Positions 26,076 through 32,000 of a DNA stretch of 32,000 nt are shown here, piece after piece. The translations under genes and the position numbers were made by a program. This stretch comes from Crocosphaera subtropica ATCC 51142. GTDB taxonomy: Bacteria; Cyanobacteriota; Cyanobacteriia; Cyanobacteriales; Microcystaceae. Under the pieces are notes generated by a model. The model made no database searches. It saw only the letters and a program-made list of their open reading frames with translations, and was not told the DNA's origin. Location of the stretch: assembly GCF_000017845.1 (NCBI RefSeq), contig NC_010546.1, forward strand, positions 1,410,001 through 1,442,000. The letters run 5' to 3'. Every line of letters begins with the position of its first letter. Within the stretch, counting starts at the first letter, position 1.

Positions 26076-26753
26076 ATGACCGAGATTAAACCTTTATTAG
26101 AGAAAATTCGTTGTGAAGCAGAAAGGGAGACTTTTCCCCTTGATACACCTATTTATGAAGCTGCTGGTAAAAATCCCACAGAACCGGTACTTTATGCAGG
26201 AAATTTAAACAGTAAAATTTGCTTTTTTGGTCGAGACTTGGGACGGGATGAGGTAGCCAAAGGACAACCTTTAATTGGTTCGGCTGGTACGATGGTTCGT
26301 AAAGGGTTTTATCAAGGCATTTATCATCAAGAAGCGACTTCCCCTGAAGACTTACAAGCTATCTGCGATCGTGCTTTACTCACTAATACTGTCCCCTACA
26401 AACCCCCAGGGAATAAAGCCTATTCTGTTAAAGTCAAAGAGCGATTTCGTCCCTTTATCGAACAATTACTGGTGATTTATTGGGGAGGGACTCAAATTGT
26501 GACTTTAGGGACAGAAGCGTTTAAATGGTTTACTCCCTATGCACCAAAAGAAGACATTGAAGCCTTTTGGAAACGAAGCGATCGCTATGAAAAACAATTT
26601 GCTGTAACCCTTGAGGCTGTTGATTTTCAAGGAACAAAATACCAGCATCCAGTGTCATTACTTCCGTTACCCCATCCCTCTCCGTTGAATAAGCGATACT
26701 ACGCTAAATTTCCTCAAATGCTGCAACATCGATTAAACGAATTGGAGTTCTAG
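26076..26753 (+). CDS. Uracil-DNA glycosylase superfamily protein (family 4/5-like)
   Basis: 225 aa. Motif A-like FFGRDLGRDEVAKGQPLIGSAG corresponds to GExPGxxEdxxGxPFvGxAG. Motif B-like LPLPHPSPLN. Confidence 0.75.
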   Translation: MTEIKPLLEKIRCEAERETFPLDTPIYEAAGKNPTEPVLYAGNLNSKICFFGRDLGRDEVAKGQPLIGSAGTMVRKGFYQGIYHQEATSPEDLQAICDRALLTNTVPYKPPGNKAYSVKVKERFRPFIEQLLVIYWGGTQIVTLGTEAFKWFTPYAPKEDIEAFWKRSDRYEKQFAVTLEAVDFQGTKYQHPVSLLPLPHPSPLNKRYYAKFPQMLQHRLNELEF

Positions 26754-26794
26754 GCAAATCAGGGAAAAACAAGTTACAATAGGGGTCGTGCTAT

Positions 26795-26867
26795 GGGTGT
26801 GTAGCTCAATGGATAGAGCAACAGCCTTCTAAGCTGTCGGTTACAGGTTCGAGTCCTGTCACACCCG
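26795..26867 (+). tRNA. trnR: tRNA-Arg (anticodon UCU)
   Basis: 73-nt cloverleaf. Acceptor GGGTGTG/CACACCC, D-arm GCTC-AATGGATA-GAGC, anticodon stem ACAGC/GCTGT with loop CTTCTAA, T-arm ACAGG-TTCGAGT-CCTGT, discriminator G. No CCA is encoded. Confidence 0.92.
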
Positions 26868-26997
26868 TTGATTGATTGTATCGCTTTAATACTATTAAAT
26901 ATGTTACACTTTCGATAAAATTAGCTATAGCAGTACAAAAATTAGTTAGGACGTTTTTTATATTCTTAGTTGTCATTCTAAAGTTTAAATAAAAGAG

Positions 26998-27315
26998 ATG
27001 GAAACTATTACCATTCCCAAAGGATTTAAAATAACTCCAGAACAATTTGAACAGCTTGCTTATGCTGAATAACTCGTCCGAAGGGAGTTAACAAAAGACG
27101 GGGACTTAATTATTATGAGTCCGACAGGTGGCACAGCAGGAGAGAAAAATTTTAATCTATACGGCGTAAAATTAGCCTGATTAATTAATCCATCTACCAA
27201 AATTGTTGAAATTTATAGACGAAATCAACCAGTAGACATTTTACAAAATCCTCAAACATTATCAGGAGAAACTATTTTGCCTGGGTTTATTTTGCATTTA
27301 ACCGATATCTTATAA
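26998..27315 (+). pseudogene. Uma2-family endonuclease pseudogene (two in-frame stops and an internal deletion of the catalytic core)
   Basis: One frame reads METITIPKGFKITPEQFEQLAYAE*LVRRELTKDGDLIIMSPTGGTAGEKNFNLYGVKLA*LINPSTKIVEIYRRNQPVDILQNPQTLSGETILPGFILHLTDIL*. The N-terminal and C-terminal Uma2 blocks are present but joined directly. The total is only 106 codons. Confidence 0.7.
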
Positions 27316-27582
27316 TCTTATTTATTATCTTGTAAATTTCCTCAAGCAACAATAACAAAAGAAGCAGCAGGATAATTTAAGATTGAGTCAATCGCAACCC
27401 AACTTCCTGGTTTAATTGCACTCAATCATTTCGGGTTTCATTGGAGCTTATATCTTAATTGAACTTCTAGGAATCATACTTTCTAACTTTTGTCTTCTGT
27501 GCTATCATGCCGAAACGGAGAAGATGACTCCATAATATTATATATTAACCATGAAATTATAAGGGATTAAGTAACTAAGCTG

Positions 27583-29346
27583 ATGAAACTAGAAACAATT
27601 TTAGACAAAATCAAACCCAAAGGAGCGGGTCTTAGCCGTCAGTTATCCCTTCGACCTTATTTATTGGAAGGAATAATAGTTGCGCTGTTAATTATAGCGA
27701 CGATTATCATCAATTATAAGATGATAAAAGATGGAATTAATGGAAAAGTTGATCTGAAATGGCATCTTACTTGGATTCAACATTTTTCTAAACAACTATC
27801 CGAAGGAATCTGGTATCCTCGATGGTTAGCTGGAACAAACTATGGATATGGTAGCCCTACTTTTGTTTTCTATCCACCATTTGTTTATTATCTTGGTTCA
27901 TTTCTAAAATTGACTGGTTTAAATACTCAAGATGTCGTTATTACACTCTTTTCTTTAGCACTTTTTTTATCAGGTTTTACTTTTTACCTTTATGGTCGAA
28001 CTCAATGGGGAAGAACTGCTGCTTTATTGGGTGGATTCGCTTATATGACAGTTCCCTATATTGCTTTTGATATTTATTGGAGAGGAGGATTAGCATCGGT
28101 CTTTGTGCAAGCATGGATTCCCTTACTTTGGTGGTCAACGGACCAATCTCTCTCTGAGAAAAAATGGCGATTCACACTACCCATGTCTTGGACATTGATT
28201 GCTTTGACCCATACTCCAAGCTTATTAGTCTGTGCAATTGGTTGGTTTCCTTATGTGTTATTTTCTCTACTTAACCGACCCTGGAAAGCTGTGGTGAAAA
28301 CCATTGTATCAGCAGGAATAGGATGGGGAATGGCCTCTTTTTATTTATTACCAGCTATTCTCGAAAAACGCTTTGTTAATATCGAGGTCATGAGAGGAAT
28401 TTGGGGAGGTGCTGCAGCGAATTTATTAAATTTTAGAGATATTTTTACTAATATTCATCAGGATCAGATTGTCTATATTTTTAGTCATCAGGCCTTAGTC
28501 ATTCTTATCTTAATAATTATTGCTTGTTTTATTCATCGTTATCAATCTGACATTATTCAAAAAATACAGCCCTGGTTAGTTTTTATATTGGCTTTAGTTT
28601 TTATAATGAGTTCTTTTTCTGAATTGATTTGGGACATGAGTCCTACTTTACAAATGTTACAGTTTCCTTGGCGATTTTTACAGATATTTTCATTTGTTGG
28701 AGCGGTTTTGTTTACCATTGTTGTCAATGGAATTTTAACATTACCTCTGAGTCCTCGATTTTTACTATCAACCATTATTATCGGACTTCTTTTCTTTAAT
28801 TTTAGCTATTCTTATAAGGTATCACGTAAATATGTGACACTTCGGAATCCAGGTCGGGGTAGTATCGAACATCTTAGTCATATCGTAACCATTCTTGAAG
28901 ACCCCTACACCAATAAATTGAGGGATGTTGAAGAATACCGGCCGCTGATCGAGGAAGAACCTTCATCTCCTCCCGTCCCTCTTCAAGGCCAACCTAAACT
29001 TTCTGTTATGAGTGGTGAGGCTAACATTGAAATTGAGCAATGGAAAAGCTATCATCGAGTGTTCTCTGTGAGGGTAGAAAAATCATCAAAACTCCGCATC
29101 AGACTTTATTATTATCCAGCTTGGCATTTATATATTAATCAGAAATCCTCTCCTATTACGATGTCTAAGGATGGAACCATAGAATTGCAACTAGACCCTG
29201 GCTTCTACAATGTAGAATTACGATATCAATGGACTCTAGCTTTTACCATAGGGGTCATTGTTAGTTTTTTAAGTTTTGCTACTTTGATTTTTCTGAATAG
29301 AAATGTTGGGAGAAATCTCCATGTTTTGAACCAAGAGTCAATCTAG
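27583..29346 (+). CDS. Large polytopic membrane protein, GT-C/YfhO-like (resembles the family annotated as 6-pyruvoyl-tetrahydropterin-synthase-related membrane proteins)
   Basis: 587 aa. The first-loop motif HLTWIQHFSKQLSEGIWYPRWLAGTNYGYGSPTFVFYPPFVYYLG is followed by more than 10 TM helices and a roughly 170-aa C-terminal beta-rich domain ending in a TM helix. The family is named from memory only. Confidence 0.55.
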   Translation: MKLETILDKIKPKGAGLSRQLSLRPYLLEGIIVALLIIATIIINYKMIKDGINGKVDLKWHLTWIQHFSKQLSEGIWYPRWLAGTNYGYGSPTFVFYPPFVYYLGSFLKLTGLNTQDVVITLFSLALFLSGFTFYLYGRTQWGRTAALLGGFAYMTVPYIAFDIYWRGGLASVFVQAWIPLLWWSTDQSLSEKKWRFTLPMSWTLIALTHTPSLLVCAIGWFPYVLFSLLNRPWKAVVKTIVSAGIGWGMASFYLLPAILEKRFVNIEVMRGIWGGAAANLLNFRDIFTNIHQDQIVYIFSHQALVILILIIIACFIHRYQSDIIQKIQPWLVFILALVFIMSSFSELIWDMSPTLQMLQFPWRFLQIFSFVGAVLFTIVVNGILTLPLSPRFLLSTIIIGLLFFNFSYSYKVSRKYVTLRNPGRGSIEHLSHIVTILEDPYTNKLRDVEEYRPLIEEEPSSPPVPLQGQPKLSVMSGEANIEIEQWKSYHRVFSVRVEKSSKLRIRLYYYPAWHLYINQKSSPITMSKDGTIELQLDPGFYNVELRYQWTLAFTIGVIVSFLSFATLIFLNRNVGRNLHVLNQESI

Positions 29347-30320
29347 CGAAGGGAATTAAACCATTTTCCCACAGATTCAAGTCTTTCTGCATTCCGTTGG
29401 CGACGTAGTTGATATTCTTCGTAAGCGGTATTAATACGAGCGGTAATTTGATGAGCTAATGGATGTTGGGTGCGATCGGGGTGCCACGATCGCAATAAAT
29501 TTCGATAAGCTTGTTCAACTTTATTGGGAGGAGAAAATGCGGTAATACCTAAGACTTTCCACCAAGATGAAGCAGGATCAAGCAAAATAGGCTCAACTAC
29601 TAAAGAACTATCCCACAAGATTAATTTGACTCTCTCCCAGGGCATCCCATAGCAACGATGATAAATTGTTTTGAGAGAACCTAACCCTAAAAGTTCTGCA
29701 CTTTGTTGATGCCATTGTCTAAAAGCACACAGTTTATCCCATTGCCAAAAACTATGATATTCTTCGGCCAAGGATTCTAATACCCCTTTCACTAGGGTTG
29801 ATGGTTCTTTTAACCGCAATAAATTAGCTAATTCAGGGGAAAATTCTTGATATAGGGGATAATTAACCCATTCCCAATAATTAAACCCTGGTTGTCCTAA
29901 CCGTTGACGATAAAAGGAAAACCAACCCATTTCCCAAAGGGAAGCGAAGGGAGTGGCCAACGGGTAAAATTGACCTGCTAAGGCGGTTTGAGGGGTATCT
30001 TCTAATAAACAGGTTAAGGGAGTGAGTAACGAGGTGGCTAGGGGATAAAATTGACCTGTTAGGGCGGTTTGAGGGGTATCTTCTAATAAACAGGTTAAGG
30101 GGGTGAGTAATGGCGTAGCTAAAGAGCAATACTGTCCTTTTAGATAATAGTGAGGAGTATCTTCTAGTAAACAGGCGATGGGTTTATGTTGACCCCTTAA
30201 AACTGGAGGAGAAGACTTGTGACGTTTTGCTACAGATAATATCCAAGAAACTGCGATAAAAATAAATCCCCAGACTAATAGATTTGATAAAGCATCACCA
30301 ATAAAAGCCACCACTCCCAT
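29343..30320 (-). CDS. Membrane-anchored J-domain (DnaJ-like) protein with three 27-aa tandem repeats
   Basis: 325 aa. N-terminal TM helix. The repeats P(I/L)(A/T)CLLEDTP....L.GQ(Y/F)..LAT occur three times. C-terminal J domain WWKVLGI...AYRNLLRSWHPDR (HPD motif). The stop overlaps the convergent upstream gene's stop within the palindrome CTAG. Confidence 0.85.
   Translation of the reverse strand: MGVVAFIGDALSNLLVWGFIFIAVSWILSVAKRHKSSPPVLRGQHKPIACLLEDTPHYYLKGQYCSLATPLLTPLTCLLEDTPQTALTGQFYPLATSLLTPLTCLLEDTPQTALAGQFYPLATPFASLWEMGWFSFYRQRLGQPGFNYWEWVNYPLYQEFSPELANLLRLKEPSTLVKGVLESLAEEYHSFWQWDKLCAFRQWHQQSAELLGLGSLKTIYHRCYGMPWERVKLILWDSSLVVEPILLDPASSWWKVLGITAFSPPNKVEQAYRNLLRSWHPDRTQHPLAHQITARINTAYEEYQLRRQRNAERLESVGKWFNSLR
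29946..30182. repeat. 81-bp in-frame tandem repeat, 3 copies, inside the J-domain gene
   Basis: A 39-nt perfect core ggcggtttgaggggtatcttctaataaacaggttaaggg occurs at 29982-30020 and again at 30063-30101 (offset 81). A diverged third copy is in register around 30151 (tgaggagtatcttctagtaaacagg). Confidence 0.9.
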
Positions 30321-30417
30321 AATTTAACCCCTTCAAGAGTGCAGAATACTCAAAAAATACAAGGATTGCTGACATTTTGTCAACTTTAGTTATGGAAAAG
30401 AAATATTCTGGTTTTGA

Positions 30418-30438
30418 TCAGGAGTCAGGAGTGAGGAA
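30418..30438. repeat. Short STRR-like array TCAGGAG x2 plus a degenerate copy (same unit family as 17604-17631)
   Basis: tcaggag tcaggag tgaggaa, lying between the J-domain gene start and the acyl-ACP reductase stop. Confidence 0.75.
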
Positions 30439-30495
30439 AATAACCGATATTGGCTTTCTTTCTGTGGTTGGTTGCGGTTATCTAATTAATCCTAA

Positions 30496-31518
30496 TTACC
30501 AACTCAACAACGGTTGTAACCCATGTTTGACAGAAGCTTCTCCTATTTGTTCCATTTTAGTCACTGTAATTTGATTGCGTCCCCAAGAAAAATTAGTGTG
30601 CCATTGTTCAAACTCTAATAAAATGGCTTCGGCAAAACAAGCAAACATTTGACGAGAAGGAACATCCATATTGACAGTTTCCATAATCTTCCAGTCAATA
30701 TCTAGAGAATGTTCTACAATTCCCCCTTTCAGGATATGGACATCAGGATGTTTAATTTTTGTGTCTAAATTCTTAGGATAACCACCATCGATAATTAAAC
30801 AGGGTTTTTTGAGAGTTTCGGCATTAATTTCCACTCCTTTGGGCATACTCGCCACCCAAACGATAATATCTGCTTCGGGTAAAGCCTCCTCCAATCCCAT
30901 AATTTTACCCCGTCCCAACTCATCTTGCAGTCGTTGTAATCGTTCTTTATTGCGAGCAATTAAGAATAGTTCCTGGGTATCGGTTTTTCTATCTAACCAA
31001 CGACACACTGCACTGCCAATATCTCCGGTTGCCCCGCAAATAGCAACCGTTGCTTGGGATAAGTCAATCCCTAGTTTAGCGGATGCCTGTTCAACTTGAC
31101 GACAAATGATATAAGCAGTATGGGTGTTTCCGGTGGTGAAGCGATCAAACTCTAAAGAGACATTACGAACTTGTCTATTCTCTTTGAGATTAAATTCTTC
31201 AAAAATAATCGAAGAAAAGCCCCCTAATGCTGTGATGTTAAGGTTATTTTTCTGAGCAAAGGCCATCGCATTCAGTATTTTGCGAATTGCTGCTTTAATC
31301 CGTCGCTTTATCAGCATTTCTGGTAAGAAAGCGGATTCTATATACTTTCCTTCGATGGTTTGTCCTGTGATGCTAGTAACATGAAAATGCTCGACGAATT
31401 GGGGTGGAGCAGAACACCACAAATCAAGTCCCTGAGTGGCGTATGGGCCATAGCCAAAGGCATCAGCAACGGAGTGGGCGTGTTCTAAACTTGTAAGATG
31501 ACCAATTAAACCAAACAT
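30496..31518 (-). CDS. aar: Acyl-ACP reductase (long-chain fatty aldehyde-forming; cyanobacterial alkane pathway)
   Basis: 340 aa. [14 protein letters not shown]...[10 protein letters not shown]...[13 protein letters not shown], Rossmann motif [16 protein letters not shown], and catalytic-Cys context [17 protein letters not shown]. This closely matches my memory of the S. elongatus orf1594 family. Confidence 0.93.
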   Translation of the reverse strand: MFGLIGHLTSLEHAHSVADAFGYGPYATQGLDLWCSAPPQFVEHFHVTSITGQTIEGKYIESAFLPEMLIKRRIKAAIRKILNAMAFAQKNNLNITALGGFSSIIFEEFNLKENRQVRNVSLEFDRFTTGNTHTAYIICRQVEQASAKLGIDLSQATVAICGATGDIGSAVCRWLDRKTDTQELFLIARNKERLQRLQDELGRGKIMGLEEALPEADIIVWVASMPKGVEINAETLKKPCLIIDGGYPKNLDTKIKHPDVHILKGGIVEHSLDIDWKIMETVNMDVPSRQMFACFAEAILLEFEQWHTNFSWGRNQITVTKMEQIGEASVKHGLQPLLSW

Positions 31519-31783
31519 TGATTATTCTAAATGATAATTAGGGAGGAAAGAGACTACATTATAGGAAAAAGTTAAGACTCTTAACAATATTACCTTAATA
31601 CTTTGATGATTGATCAGTTTTTAAGGGCAGATAGCCTTTATCATGGGGGTAAGATCAGTGAAACTACAGTGTATTGCCACCTTGAAATCTAAAAAAATAC
31701 TGGTCTTAAGGGGACTACTAAAAATTCTGATCTAGCTTTTTAGGGTATCACATAAAATCTTCTAGGTCTTTTTACTCTTTTTT

Positions 31784-32000
31784 ATGACTAAAAATCCTAT
31801 TTTCCGTTGGCTTCCTCCCTGTGTCAGTTTAGGGCTATTTGCCTTATCCTTATGGACGATACAGCAAAATTTACAACATTATCAAGCAGAAAATTTTTGG
31901 AGGAGTTTAGCTAAGATTCCCTCGACTCATATTTGCTTAGCGATCGCCTTAATGGGGGTCAATTATTTTATTATGACAGGCTATGAATGTTTAGGATTAG
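31784..32000 (+). CDS. Membrane protein, N-terminal fragment running off the window (possibly lysyl-phosphatidylglycerol-synthase-TM-region / UPF0104-like)
   Basis: The frame is open from the ATG at 31784 to the window end. MTKNPIFRWLPPCVSLGLFALSLWTIQQNL...ICLAIALMGVNYFIMTGYECLGL shows two hydrophobic helices. The family guess is weak. Confidence 0.45.
   Translation, partial: MTKNPIFRWLPPCVSLGLFALSLWTIQQNLQHYQAENFWRSLAKIPSTHICLAIALMGVNYFIMTGYECLGL

Noticed and set aside
26275-26475. 66-aa same-strand alternative-frame ORF
   Set aside because: It lies inside the UDG-superfamily gene, whose frame carries the conserved motifs.
26806-27045. 79-aa minus-strand ORF
   Set aside because: Its C-terminal part is the reverse complement of the tRNA-Arg gene, which explains the TGLEPVT translation typical of tRNA antisense. 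It is not a protein gene.
26868-27582. Genomic island or prophage remnant integrated at tRNA-Arg
   Set aside because: No integrase, no phage genes and no visible direct repeat of the tRNA 3' end are present in the window. I keep it only as a low-interest finding, not as a mobile-element feature.
29343-29346. Convergent genes sharing stop codons within the palindrome CTAG (also a 10-nt convergent overlap at 20678-20687)
   Set aside because: This is real in the sequence but a common consequence of compact genomes. There is no evidence of functional significance.
30440-30481. Possible terminator downstream of aar (ataaccg ... cggttat followed by T-rich sequence on the minus strand)
   Set aside because: The stem is only 7 bp and the loop is 28 nt, which is too weak for a confident intrinsic terminator call.
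28557-31099. ORFs 28557-28775 (-), 29881-30129 (-), 30377-30574 (+) and 30809-31099 (+)
   Set aside because: The first and last are antisense to strong genes. 29881-30129 is an out-of-frame reading of the 81-bp tandem repeat. 30377-30574 spans an intergenic STRR and runs into the aar 3' end, with no motifs.
31519-32000. Search for an aldehyde-deformylating oxygenase gene upstream of aar
   Set aside because: Neither strand has an ORF with di-iron ExxH motifs. The only open frame is a hydrophobic membrane-protein N-terminus on the opposite strand.

Overview
AT-rich chromosomal window from a cyanobacterium. By eye I count at least 15 exact copies of the HIP1 octamer GCGATCGC. There are also several heptameric STRR-type tandem repeats, an alkane-pathway acyl-ACP reductase gene and a PucC/BCD-family transporter. 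Gene content resembles unicellular Cyanothece/Crocosphaera-type genomes, but I cannot confirm the species without a search.

I support about 27 protein-coding genes, 2 tRNAs (CAU anticodon; Arg-UCU), 2 decayed Uma2 endonuclease genes plus 2 apparently intact or partial ones, six short heptamer repeat arrays and one 81-bp in-frame tandem repeat. I see no transposase, integrase, CRISPR array, rRNA or recognisable defence system.

The most interesting content, in order:
1. A divergent envelope-modification module (933-7448). It pairs sugar aminotransferase, cupin and GT-C membrane transferase genes with an SGNH-like protein and an unusual single-polypeptide fusion. The fusion joins an HTTM (vitamin-K-dependent gamma-carboxylase-like) membrane domain to a DCC-type CxxC thiol-disulfide oxidoreductase.
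2. A 1317-aa histidine kinase with tandem GAF modules, three carrying cyanobacteriochrome Cys-His signatures and one of those a DXCF motif. It is followed by a stand-alone receiver and a GAF-GGDEF cyclase, a candidate light-colour to c-di-GMP pathway.
3. A coiled-coil protein fused to an Hsp70/actin-fold domain in which all phosphate-binding glycine loops are degenerate.
4. Lipid genes without their usual partners: a fatty acyl-AMP ligase and a type II thioesterase with no carrier protein or PKS, and an acyl-ACP reductase with no adjacent aldehyde-deformylating oxygenase.

All functional calls rest on motif recognition in the translated ORFs. None has been checked against a database.
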